From the sequence record LC739537.1: 64,000 nt of DNA, one strand, 5' to 3'. The stretch's first letter is position 1. Each line of letters begins with the position of its first letter. Positions 9,065 through 17,862 of this stretch are shown here, in pieces. The stretch comes from Escherichia phage phiWec188. Under the pieces are notes generated by a model. That model did not search any database. It was not told where the DNA came from and saw only the letters and a program-made list of their open reading frames with translations. The translations under genes and the position numbers were made by a program.

Positions 9065-9329
9065 TTTTAAAATAAAAGATTCAAAACCCCAAGATGTAGC
9101 ACTTCGTTTCGAAGAGTTGGGGATTGGTGAAACTTTCATGTATTATTCAGCATATGAAGAAAATGGTTTGGATACGTTTGCAAACTTAGTATTTATTAAA
9201 AGCGGCGGCGCGACTGCTGTTTGTTTGAATAGTTCATCAAGAGGGAGTGTCCATACCGTATCCCCAGATGTACCGATGGTTGCAGTTCGTTTAGTAGTTA
9301 CCGATATCACACTTACAGAGGAGAAATAA
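9057..9329 (+). CDS. hypothetical protein, paralog A (pairs with 10351-10632)
   Basis: shares KDSKP...SAYEENGLD motif with the 10351-10632 product; each precedes a TerD-type gene. Confidence 0.5.
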   Translation: MFDFKIKDSKPQDVALRFEELGIGETFMYYSAYEENGLDTFANLVFIKSGGATAVCLNSSSRGSVHTVSPDVPMVAVRLVVTDITLTEEK

Positions 9330-9330
9330 T

Positions 9331-10131
9331 ATGTCCAATAAAATTAGCCTGAAGAAACGCCAAGACACCCTGACCATTTCACTGAAGAAAAAGAAAATCG
9401 TCAACGAAGATCAAAAGATCGTTCTGCGTGTTGCAAGCGCACTGGATATCTCCGGTAGTATGTCCAGCTTGTATCGTAACGGCACCGTCAGTGATTTCGT
9501 AGGTAAGCTGCTGCCCTTCGGTATGATCTTTGACGATAATGCACAGATCGATATGTGGGCTTTCAACAATAGCTCTCGTGAAATCACTCCGGCAACTGCT
9601 GATGTGTATGATGATTACGTTGGTAAATGCATTAATGGTCGTGTAACAGTTCAGGGTGGTACAAGCTACGCCCCTGTTATGCAAGATATCTACGATTCTT
9701 ACTTCGGTAGCACTACCAAGTATGAAACTGTAGAAACTCAAGTAACGAAAGAAATCCCTAAGAAAGGTTTCTTCAACCGTCTGTTGGGTAAAACTGAAAC
9801 TGTAGAAGCTGTTGTAGAAAAAACTGTAGCCGTTGCTGTGCCTGGTGTAGACGTTACTCCGGCAGTTGTGTTCTTCCAGACAGATGGTGAGAACGATGAT
9901 CCGAGCCGTGTACTCTCCGTACTGGAAAAGAACAAGGGTAAACCTATCTACTGGTTCATGGTGGGTGTTGGTAGTGCTCGTTTCTCTTTCCTGAAAGATT
10001 TGGCTGAAGCTTACGACAACGTAGCATTCATTGGTCTGAACGATCTTTCCTTGACAGACGAGCAGCTTTACGATAAACTCTTGTCTGAAGAGTTCGGTGA
10101 GTGGGTCGAAAAGGTTGGTGCTAAGAAATGA
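9331..10131 (+). CDS. vWA domain protein with TerD-like N-terminal leader (TerY/TerF-like)
   Basis: N-terminal ISLKK repeats as in TerD; MIDAS-type DISGSM, GGTSYAP, FFQTDGENDD, MVGVG motifs of a von Willebrand A domain. Confidence 0.65.
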   Translation: MSNKISLKKRQDTLTISLKKKKIVNEDQKIVLRVASALDISGSMSSLYRNGTVSDFVGKLLPFGMIFDDNAQIDMWAFNNSSREITPATADVYDDYVGKCINGRVTVQGGTSYAPVMQDIYDSYFGSTTKYETVETQVTKEIPKKGFFNRLLGKTETVEAVVEKTVAVAVPGVDVTPAVVFFQTDGENDDPSRVLSVLEKNKGKPIYWFMVGVGSARFSFLKDLAEAYDNVAFIGLNDLSLTDEQLYDKLLSEEFGEWVEKVGAKK

Positions 10132-10370
10132 TCGATACGCTGATCTCTCAAACGGTGTTACAAGTGATGCGCGAGAGAGAAGCTTTCATCATGAAGGGTC
10201 TTAAAGATTACTTTGGGACTCTTTCTTTGGAAGAACTCAAGCTACGCGTTGAGATCCATCAGTATCCTTTTTATGAAGAATGGATTGACAAAGCAAATAA
10301 AGCTGTTATAATGCGTATCAACAAACCAGAAATCACGACAGGAGGACAAGATGTTAAATTTCGCTATTAA
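10128..10370 (+). CDS. hypothetical small protein
   Basis: coupled ORF. Confidence 0.4.
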   Translation: MIDTLISQTVLQVMREREAFIMKGLKDYFGTLSLEELKLRVEIHQYPFYEEWIDKANKAVIMRINKPEITTGGQDVKFRY

Positions 10371-10632
10371 GAAAGATAGCAAACCAGAGATTCAGACTTG
10401 TCGCATTGCAAATCTTACACATCGGGATTTGTTTGTTCTGAAAAGCGCCTACGATGAAGACGGTCTTGACCCAGAAGCAGTCATCGTTTATATGGTATTG
10501 CGGCGAGACGAAGACACCAAGCACCCATACAATGCGGTAGAAATGAATTACAATGCAATGTTGTGTTCAATACACCATACGGCAGAGTTGGTGCAGGTAG
10601 AGTTAACAGTTAACGAAATTAAACTTAAATAA
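10351..10632 (+). CDS. hypothetical protein, paralog B (pairs with 9057-9329)
   Basis: see paralog A. Confidence 0.5.
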   Translation: MLNFAIKKDSKPEIQTCRIANLTHRDLFVLKSAYDEDGLDPEAVIVYMVLRRDEDTKHPYNAVEMNYNAMLCSIHHTAELVQVELTVNEIKLK

Positions 10633-10647
10633 TAGAGGAGACATATA

Positions 10648-11250
10648 ATGAGCGATAAAATTTCCCTGAAAAAAGGTTCCACTGACAAGATTTCCCTGAA
10701 GAAAGTTGCTCCGGCACTGAAAGAACTGCGTCTGGAGTTCTCCTGGAAATCAAACTCTAAACTGGATTTGGATGTAAGCGCACTTGTATGCCGACACAAC
10801 GCTTCTGGCAACCCTGAAATGCTGTCTGCACGTCATCTGGTTTGTTATGCTAACAAGTTTGATCCAGAACGTTCTGTATTCGCAGGTGATGATGTTCGTG
10901 ATGGTACTGGTCAAATGGAACAGATTGATGTAACCTTAGCTAAGATCTCCGATAAAGCCGAAGAGATTGCTTTTGTCCTGACTATTGATGATGAAACGGG
11001 CCAGAAACGTCTGGGCCATGCTACTGAAGGTATGCTGAAGATTTTTGATGCCGAGCGTAACGTTGAGATCCTGGACTTCGACTTCCTGGCTCCTGAAGTA
11101 GCTGGTAACACGATCTGCCACGTAGCTTCCTTGGTTCGTGAAGACGGTGAATGGAAACTGAAAGCTTACGGTGTTGGTAAAGCAGGTATGGATATCTGTG
11201 ATGTGGTTATGGCCTTCGGTGGTCAGAAAGAATGGTATGATTGCCCGTAA
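10648..11250 (+). CDS. terD: TerD-family protein
   Basis: ISLKKG..ISLKKVAP, DLDVSAL, GDDVRDGTG, FVLTIDD and GEWKLKAYG motifs line up with E. coli TerD. Confidence 0.85.
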   Translation: MSDKISLKKGSTDKISLKKVAPALKELRLEFSWKSNSKLDLDVSALVCRHNASGNPEMLSARHLVCYANKFDPERSVFAGDDVRDGTGQMEQIDVTLAKISDKAEEIAFVLTIDDETGQKRLGHATEGMLKIFDAERNVEILDFDFLAPEVAGNTICHVASLVREDGEWKLKAYGVGKAGMDICDVVMAFGGQKEWYDCP

Positions 11251-11270
11251 GATTTAACTGAAATGTTGTT

Positions 11271-11286
11271 GGGGGAGAAATCCCCC
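11271..11286 (+). other. GC hairpin with GNRA loop (GGGGGA-GAAA-TCCCCC) after terD
   Basis: perfect 6-bp stem; no U-run, so possibly RNA processing/attenuation site rather than terminator. Confidence 0.35.
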
Positions 11287-11287
11287 A

Positions 11288-11316
11288 TTGCAAAAACGCC
11301 TCTCATGTGTTATACT
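11288..11316 (+). promoter_or_regulatory. sigma70 promoter candidate with extended -10 (TTGCAA -35, 17-nt spacer, TGtTATACT)
   Basis: TG dinucleotide one base upstream of TATACT; good spacing; upstream of hydrolase gene. Confidence 0.5.
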
Positions 11317-11347
11317 GGTAGTTCATTCACCCAAAAGGAGGCAAAAT

Positions 11348-11869
11348 TTGCTGATAAAAAACTTTGTAACAGTTGCGTTACTATCCTTAACTGCTTTTAC
11401 ATTTACACCTGTCACGGCAACCGCCGAAGCTGCAAACGTAAAGACTGCTAAAGTAGTTCACAAATGTGCAAAGCAAGATACTAAAGAAAATCTCTTAGCT
11501 TGTGCAATTTACGCTGAAAGTCGTAATCAGGGTAAACGTGGAATGTATGCTGTAGGTAACGTAGTATTGAACAGGAAAGGTGATGATTACTTCCCTGACA
11601 ATATTAAAGATATTCTCTTCCAACGGGGACAATTCTCTTACAGGAAGAAGTTTAACGTTACTGAAGCAGAGCGATGGAAAGAAGCTAAAGCTATCGCAAA
11701 ACGACTTATATACCTGGATACAAACTTCCCTACACTTAGAGAAGCCCAGGACATGACAAAAGGTGCGACATTTTTTAAGAAAGTAAAAACCCGTGCACAC
11801 TGGACAAAAGATATGGTCTTAGTGTATCGTTATAAAGAACATCAGTTCTACTCACCGACAAGGAGCTAA
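11348..11869 (+). CDS. SleB-type cell-wall hydrolase with N-terminal signal peptide (endolysin candidate)
   Basis: TTG start 7 nt after AAGGAGG; LIKNFVTVALLSLTAFTFTPVTATAEA signal-like leader; AIYAESRNQ...GMYAVGNVVLNR hydrolase motifs. Confidence 0.6.
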   Translation: MLIKNFVTVALLSLTAFTFTPVTATAEAANVKTAKVVHKCAKQDTKENLLACAIYAESRNQGKRGMYAVGNVVLNRKGDDYFPDNIKDILFQRGQFSYRKKFNVTEAERWKEAKAIAKRLIYLDTNFPTLREAQDMTKGATFFKKVKTRAHWTKDMVLVYRYKEHQFYSPTRS

Positions 11870-11870
11870 T

Positions 11871-12155
11871 ATGCGAGAAGATAATACTGTTGTTGTTGCG
11901 AGCTATCTCGTTATCGGTTTAACCGAAGAAGATGTGTACTACATTCGTAAAGGTTTGGAAGCTTACGCTACCCTCTTCATGGAAGACGAAAGCGATGTTG
12001 ATAAATATTCCGTGGAGTTGCTCAACGACAGTATTTATCCTTGCATAGCTCTTAAAGTAGATGCTGTTCTGTGGGAGCGTTTTGCAAGAAGTCACGATGC
12101 TGTTGAATCTTCAATGGTTATGGCACAAAACAACATTTTAGGAGTGATTCACTAA
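11871..12155 (+). CDS. hypothetical protein
   Basis: coupled ORF. Confidence 0.45.
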   Translation: MREDNTVVVASYLVIGLTEEDVYYIRKGLEAYATLFMEDESDVDKYSVELLNDSIYPCIALKVDAVLWERFARSHDAVESSMVMAQNNILGVIH

Positions 12156-12385
12156 TGGCAGATATCATCGAAGTAAACTTCCGTACTCGGAAGAAAGTAG
12201 AGAAATACACGATACTGAAAAGTGTTTGCGTTGTTTGTTTCAACAGTGTAATCTACGATTCAAGAAAGGGCGAAGACGGTAACGAACCGTATATCGAACT
12301 CTCCAAGAGCAACGGTAGTTGCATTTGTAAAGCTTGTGCTGTTCAGATTAAGGGGGTTGTTGATGAAAACGAATGGGATAAATAA
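12155..12385 (+). CDS. small zinc-ribbon protein
   Basis: CVVC...CICKAC cysteine pairs. Confidence 0.45.
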   Translation: MADIIEVNFRTRKKVEKYTILKSVCVVCFNSVIYDSRKGEDGNEPYIELSKSNGSCICKACAVQIKGVVDENEWDK

Positions 12386-12557
12386 TACAGGGGAACTTTC
12401 TCTTGAGAACGTAACAAACGACAAACTGATTAAAATGCGAGATGTAGCTTTGGATCATCTTCAAGACTCCTTCAAGGAATATATGGAAGCACGGGATCGT
12501 GTGCTTGAGATTCGTCAAGCAATGGTTAAACGCGGAATGGTAGTGGATTCTAAGTAA
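12336..12557 (+). CDS. hypothetical small protein
   Basis: ORF; start uncertain. Confidence 0.35.
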   Translation: MLFRLRGLLMKTNGINNTGELSLENVTNDKLIKMRDVALDHLQDSFKEYMEARDRVLEIRQAMVKRGMVVDSK

Positions 12558-12566
12558 GGGGTTAGT

Positions 12567-13130
12567 ATGATTTATTATATTACCCCTTATCTGACTGGAG
12601 ATATCGGCAAAGCAATTAACGATGCTATTGCCGTTCTTCATGAAGATAGTTGGGTGTGTTTACGTGATACCGACACCATGTTCTTACTGCCAGACCAACC
12701 TTCTATGTTGGAAGATTTGGTAGCAACCAACCCACCGTTCGATGTAATAGGTGCATCCTGTAACCGTTTAGGCAGTAGTTATCAACTCCTCGGCGGAAAG
12801 ATTAATGATGATCCTGACATTCTGAACCATATTTCTCATGCCAAAGTTGCTCGTGATTACTATGGCGATGAAATTGAAGAAGTCCCGCAAGGCACTCCCT
12901 TGGCAGGTTTCTTCCTGTTGTTCAGGAAATCATTATGGAAGGAGATCCCTTTTGAAGAACGTAGCATCCAGTTCGATATAATCTTCTCAAACACTTTACA
13001 TGAACGAGGAAAAAGGTTAGGATTGATGCGTGGGATGTATCTCTTCCACATTTACCGTTTAGGTCAAAAAGATCCTCAACGGGCAATATCACACCTCATG
13101 CACTGTCATGATCACAGGAAAACTATTTAG
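12567..13130 (+). CDS. glycosyltransferase-like protein (putative)
   Basis: LRDTDTMF DxD-like motif in Rossmann-like N-terminal half. Confidence 0.4.
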   Translation: MIYYITPYLTGDIGKAINDAIAVLHEDSWVCLRDTDTMFLLPDQPSMLEDLVATNPPFDVIGASCNRLGSSYQLLGGKINDDPDILNHISHAKVARDYYGDEIEEVPQGTPLAGFFLLFRKSLWKEIPFEERSIQFDIIFSNTLHERGKRLGLMRGMYLFHIYRLGQKDPQRAISHLMHCHDHRKTI

Positions 13131-13138
13131 GGGGAAAG

Positions 13139-13822
13139 ATGGAAAATGTTAAAATTGGGGTTGGCGTTATCACTGTAGGCGTTCGTCCACTTAAAGATTA
13201 CATGGTTGCACCTGGTGTAGACTTCAAAGTGTTCCACGATCCAGATCGTAAAGGTGTAGCCTATGCTCGCAACCAACTGATGAAACAGTTTTATGACGAA
13301 GGTTTTGATTACTGGTTTATTTTCGATGATGATTGCTATCCAGTCAAACGTGGTTGGGAAGAATACTTCGTTAAGCAAGCTGTTGAAAATGGTTGGGACT
13401 TCTTTGGTATGCCAGAATACTTCAAAGATACCGTGATCGGTTGTTCGGGAGAAGTAGTTTTCTGGGAACTGGCTATGTGTCAGTTTGCAATGTATTCTCG
13501 TGCAACTGTTGAGACAATGGGCTACTTCCGTCCGTACACACATGGATATGGTTTCGAAGATGCAGAATGGACTAACCGTCTGAAAGCTTCAGGTTTGAAT
13601 AAAGGACTTCAGGGCGTACCTTGTCCGATGCGCATTATGGCATATATTCACCCTGACGATGTTTTCGGTGACAACCCTCTGCCTTTTGCTAACCTGACAA
13701 AAGAAGAGAAAGAAGCAGCGATCGGGGTTAACTGGGAAGAATACAAACTGTCTTTGGAGGATATCAATAATGGCAAAACACACATCTCTTTTGAAGAGGC
13801 TGAAGGATATGGCGCTAAATAA
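13139..13822 (+). CDS. glycosyltransferase family 2-like protein
   Basis: GVGVITVGVRP Rossmann start and FIFDDDCYP DXD motif. Confidence 0.5.
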   Translation: MENVKIGVGVITVGVRPLKDYMVAPGVDFKVFHDPDRKGVAYARNQLMKQFYDEGFDYWFIFDDDCYPVKRGWEEYFVKQAVENGWDFFGMPEYFKDTVIGCSGEVVFWELAMCQFAMYSRATVETMGYFRPYTHGYGFEDAEWTNRLKASGLNKGLQGVPCPMRIMAYIHPDDVFGDNPLPFANLTKEEKEAAIGVNWEEYKLSLEDINNGKTHISFEEAEGYGAK

Positions 13823-14756
13823 AAAACCCACCCTACTGTGTGACAACAAATTCAACAGTGGTTGTGATTATCATCGCGTCGTTATGCCGTTTTCTAATGT
13901 AGAGATAAAACCACGTACCGATGTACTGGTCTTTAATCGCATCTTCTCGAAAGGTGCTGACGAAGTAGCAAAGCTTAAGCGTCAAGGTGTTAAGATTGTT
14001 GTAGATTTGGATGATTTCTATCAGTTGAATCCAGAGCACTACCTGGCGCATCTGTACGCGCCAAACACCCGCACCATTGTGGAAATGGTTAAACTGGCAG
14101 ATGTGGTTATCGTGACAACAGAATACTTGGCATATAAAATTCGTCACTTAAACTCTAATGTTGTTGTGATCCGAAATGCTCTACCGTTCGATGATGACCA
14201 GTTCACTCTGTCGAACGATCGTACTTCGGGTACGCCTATTATCTGGGCTGGAGGTGCAAGTCATGAACCGGATCTACGTTTGCTTTCAAATACTTTTGAT
14301 GATAGTCTGTTGTCTATCGCAGGGTATGAAGCGAGCAGCACAGTGACAGGGCAAGAGTGGGTTAAGATCCGCCGTAGTTTGCCTAATGCGCAGTATAAAC
14401 CTGCTGTAGATTCTTTGAATGATTATATGTCTGCATACGATGGTCATGCTATGGCTGTAGCTCCGTTAGTTGATAATGACTTCAACCATTGCAAGAGCAA
14501 CCTAAAAGTATTAGAAGCTGGTGCTAAAGGTATTCCAATCGTTTGTTCTAAGGTATTACCTTACTACAACCCGATCGATGCCCGTGCAGTAACCTTCGCA
14601 GATAGCAAGGCAGAGTGGCACTATGAAGTTGTAAAACTACTTCGTAATCCAAACTACCGTGAAGATCGTGGACTGTTCTTGGCTGAACATGTTCGTACTC
14701 ATTACAACTTGAAGGATGCAAACGAATTGCGTCGTCAAGTGATCGAAAGTCTGTAG
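13770..14756 (+). CDS. glycosyltransferase, GT-B-like (paralog 1)
   Basis: C-terminal NLKVLEAGAKGIPIVCS sugar-donor-binding motif; paralogous to next gene. Confidence 0.5.
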   Translation: MAKHTSLLKRLKDMALNKKPTLLCDNKFNSGCDYHRVVMPFSNVEIKPRTDVLVFNRIFSKGADEVAKLKRQGVKIVVDLDDFYQLNPEHYLAHLYAPNTRTIVEMVKLADVVIVTTEYLAYKIRHLNSNVVVIRNALPFDDDQFTLSNDRTSGTPIIWAGGASHEPDLRLLSNTFDDSLLSIAGYEASSTVTGQEWVKIRRSLPNAQYKPAVDSLNDYMSAYDGHAMAVAPLVDNDFNHCKSNLKVLEAGAKGIPIVCSKVLPYYNPIDARAVTFADSKAEWHYEVVKLLRNPNYREDRGLFLAEHVRTHYNLKDANELRRQVIESL

Positions 14757-15707
14757 GTGTCTATGGGACAAATTATTCTTGACAATCGTGCTGGAAAAGA
14801 ATATAGTGTCTGCGATTATCACCGAGTAATGCTGCCTTACACAAGGCAGTTCTCGGCGCAACCGTCACAGAACGTATATGTCTTTAACGGTGTCCCTACA
14901 AAAGGGAAACAAGGTTTCATAGCCCTTAAGAGCATGGGTTTTAAGATGGTAATGGATTTGGATGACTCCTTAAACATTCCTCAAGGACACATGCTGGAAG
15001 ACATTTTTGATGCAGGTATTCGAGAAGACTTGCAATGGTTTCTTGAACGTAGTGATCTTGTGACGACAACAACACCTGCTCTCCAGGTGGAACTGTCCCA
15101 GTACAATCCTAACGTACATATTATTCCAAATGGCTTACCGTTTGATGAGGATCAGTTCACGTTAACTCGTGATCGCTATTCCAAATCACCGATAGTATGG
15201 GCTGGAAGTGAAACACATAAACAAGATTTAGCTCTACTGCCGAATTTTGGAAGGGATTTAACAATCTGCGGATTCCGTAGAGATAGTGAAGTACTAAGTA
15301 GTCAGCAATGGACTGACATACGTGAAAAAGTGGCTCCAAGCTGCAATTATGAGGCTGTTAGACCATATGAGAGCTACATGGAATCTTATGATGGTCATCA
15401 AATAATGCTTGCGCCTTTGACCGATAACCTGTTTAATAACGCCAAAAGTAACCTTAAGATTCTGGAGGCTGGTGCCAAGGGTCTGCCTTTGGTCTGTTCT
15501 CCTCGTGAGAATTACTTCACAGAAGAGTTTAAGGATTTACTGTTCTTTGCAGAATCAAGAAGTGAATGGGAAGATATTGTTAATTACCTGATCCAAGAAC
15601 CTGATGTGGGGATCGAGAAGGGATTGGCTTTAGCTAAATATGTTCGTAAGCATTATCACATTGATGTGCTGAATGAACGCCGTAGATTATTATTTGAGGA
15701 GCTATAA
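14757..15707 (+). CDS. glycosyltransferase, GT-B-like (paralog 2)
   Basis: GTG start; shares CDYHRV and NLKILEAGAKGLPLVCS with upstream gene. Confidence 0.5.
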   Translation: MSMGQIILDNRAGKEYSVCDYHRVMLPYTRQFSAQPSQNVYVFNGVPTKGKQGFIALKSMGFKMVMDLDDSLNIPQGHMLEDIFDAGIREDLQWFLERSDLVTTTTPALQVELSQYNPNVHIIPNGLPFDEDQFTLTRDRYSKSPIVWAGSETHKQDLALLPNFGRDLTICGFRRDSEVLSSQQWTDIREKVAPSCNYEAVRPYESYMESYDGHQIMLAPLTDNLFNNAKSNLKILEAGAKGLPLVCSPRENYFTEEFKDLLFFAESRSEWEDIVNYLIQEPDVGIEKGLALAKYVRKHYHIDVLNERRRLLFEEL

Positions 15708-15985
15708 TGCTGAATACTTTTGATTTTGAGTACACTACGAAAAGTGGTTTTAATGTTGTGGTGGAAGTTGATTATTACTACGAAGAACCTGATCCACACT
15801 CACGGGAAAGTGATTGGGATTACCACGGTGGGTTACTGATCGACGGTATCCGTTTCTATGCGGGTCTGGAACAACTTGATGCGGAAGATATTAACGTGAC
15901 CGTAACAGAAATCGCATACCAATTCAAAAAACATATGGAGGCATTAGAAGCCGCGTACATGATGGAAACTAACGAATCATTTTAA
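15707..15985 (+). CDS. hypothetical acidic protein
   Basis: coupled ORF. Confidence 0.45.
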   Translation: MLNTFDFEYTTKSGFNVVVEVDYYYEEPDPHSRESDWDYHGGLLIDGIRFYAGLEQLDAEDINVTVTEIAYQFKKHMEALEAAYMMETNESF

Positions 15986-15997
15986 CAGGAGAGGATT

Positions 15998-17779
15998 GTG
16001 ACACACATTATAACGAAATATGGATTTGATGTTGATCTTAGCAGGGAAGGGCACACTGGCTGTCCACGCTGCATGAAAAATGGCAAGGATCGCTCTCGTA
16101 ATAACCTGATGGTTTATGGATTGGATTCTAACGGTGAGCATAAAGGAGCCAAATGCTTTGCGTGTGAGTACACAATCCCCAGCGTTGAATGGTTAAGAGA
16201 GAATGGTGAAGTTTTAGAAGAAGAGGAGGATATTGTGGGTTCGGAATTTAATAAAGAGATTCATCGTAAGATTGTAGAAGAAACAGGCACTAACCCACGA
16301 GGCTACCGTGGGATCAAGGAAGAATATTCTAAATTCTACGGTGTTCGTTACCAGTATAAACAAGAAGAATCTGGTGTTGTTGTGGAACATACTTTGTATC
16401 CAACAACTATCGGTAAAGAACTGGTAGGTTTTAAGCGTCGTATCCATCCTAAAGACTTCTCCAAGCCCATTGGTCAAGTAGGTAAAGATGTAGATTTGTT
16501 TGGACAATTTCGTTTCCTTGAACGTTCCCACACCGTGATCATTACTGGTGGTGAACATGATGCCTTGGCAGCATATCAAATGTTGGCAGAAGGTCTTGAC
16601 AGAAAATATGAATTACCAGCGGTAGTTAGTGGCACAACTGGTGAAACCAGTATGTATAAACAGGTACAGGCACAGTACCCTTTCTTTGAGAAGTTCAAGA
16701 AGATCATCGTCTGCATGGATAATGATAAGGCAGGTAAGGAAGCTTTTGAGAACATTGTAAAAGTGTTGCCTCGTAATAAAGTTTACCTGATGAAGATGGA
16801 ACTGAAAGATGCCAATGAATACCTGTTGCAAGATAAAGCAAAAGATTTTGTGAAGGCTTATTGGGCTGCAAAACTTTATACCCCAGCGGGTGTTTATGCT
16901 TCGAACGAACTCTATGAAGCTGCAATGGACTGTCTGGATGCACAAGTGATCACCCTTCCTCCGTTCATGCGTACTGCTGCGAACATGTTGGGTGGTGGTC
17001 TGGTAGAAGAAGAGATCACAGTTATTCTGGCTAAAACGAGTATCGGTAAGACGTTGATGGTGAATGAGATCACCAAACACATTATCGTAGCCCATCCAGA
17101 ACATGTGTTGGGTATTCTGTCCCTGGAAGCAACGTATAAGAAATACTCACGTAACCTTCTTTCTTCGTTCCTGCATATTCCTTTGCATCGTAAGACTAAG
17201 GAAGAAAAGGCTGCGATCCTGGAAGAGAACAAGGAAGCTATTAATAACTTCTACGTTCGTGAAGATGGCTCTCCTCGTTTCTTTGTTTGTGATGACCGTG
17301 GTGCAGACATTGATTCAATCAAGGAGAAGGTGCTGGAGATGATTATCTACTTTGGCATTACCATCTTGGTAATTGACCCATACTCGGATCTGTTGTCGGG
17401 GATGAGTGTTCAGGAACAAGAAGAGTTGGCAACGTGGTTGAAGCGCATCATGAAAGAATACGGCATTACAATCATCGTGATCTCCCATGTTAAGAAAGCT
17501 GCGAACAATGGTAATGAGCACTTAACCGAAGATGATGCAATGGGTAGTAGCTTCTTGGCTAAAGGGGCAGGTATTACACTGGCACTGGAACGAGATAAGA
17601 GTCATGAAGACCCCGTTATGAGAAACACCACTATGTGCTACATCCTCAAAAACCGAGAATTTTCGGAAACTGGTCCGGCTGGGGAGTTTTATTACGATAT
17701 TAAAACTGCCACGCTACACGACAAAGCACAGTATTTTGCTAACCCTGATAATGCAGGTGGTGCAGAAGGCGCGTATTGA
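15998..17779 (+). CDS. bifunctional DNA primase/helicase (T7 gp4-like)
   Basis: N-terminal CPRC...CFAC zinc ribbon, central TOPRIM-like region, Walker A (AKTSIGKT) and Walker B (LVIDPYSD) of DnaB-type helicase. Confidence 0.8.
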   Translation: MTHIITKYGFDVDLSREGHTGCPRCMKNGKDRSRNNLMVYGLDSNGEHKGAKCFACEYTIPSVEWLRENGEVLEEEEDIVGSEFNKEIHRKIVEETGTNPRGYRGIKEEYSKFYGVRYQYKQEESGVVVEHTLYPTTIGKELVGFKRRIHPKDFSKPIGQVGKDVDLFGQFRFLERSHTVIITGGEHDALAAYQMLAEGLDRKYELPAVVSGTTGETSMYKQVQAQYPFFEKFKKIIVCMDNDKAGKEAFENIVKVLPRNKVYLMKMELKDANEYLLQDKAKDFVKAYWAAKLYTPAGVYASNELYEAAMDCLDAQVITLPPFMRTAANMLGGGLVEEEITVILAKTSIGKTLMVNEITKHIIVAHPEHVLGILSLEATYKKYSRNLLSSFLHIPLHRKTKEEKAAILEENKEAINNFYVREDGSPRFFVCDDRGADIDSIKEKVLEMIIYFGITILVIDPYSDLLSGMSVQEQEELATWLKRIMKEYGITIIVISHVKKAANNGNEHLTEDDAMGSSFLAKGAGITLALERDKSHEDPVMRNTTMCYILKNREFSETGPAGEFYYDIKTATLHDKAQYFANPDNAGGAEGAY

Positions 17780-17783
17780 TTCA

Positions 17784-17812
17784 GAAGGGGCGCAAGCCCC
17801 TCTTGACTTTTG
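17784..17812 (+). terminator. terminator-like hairpin (AGGGGC-GCAA-GCCCCT + T-rich)
   Basis: after primase-helicase stop. Confidence 0.5.
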
Positions 17813-17862
17813 ATTGAGGAATGTGATACCCTTCAGGTTGAGTTACATAATATGGAGGACTA

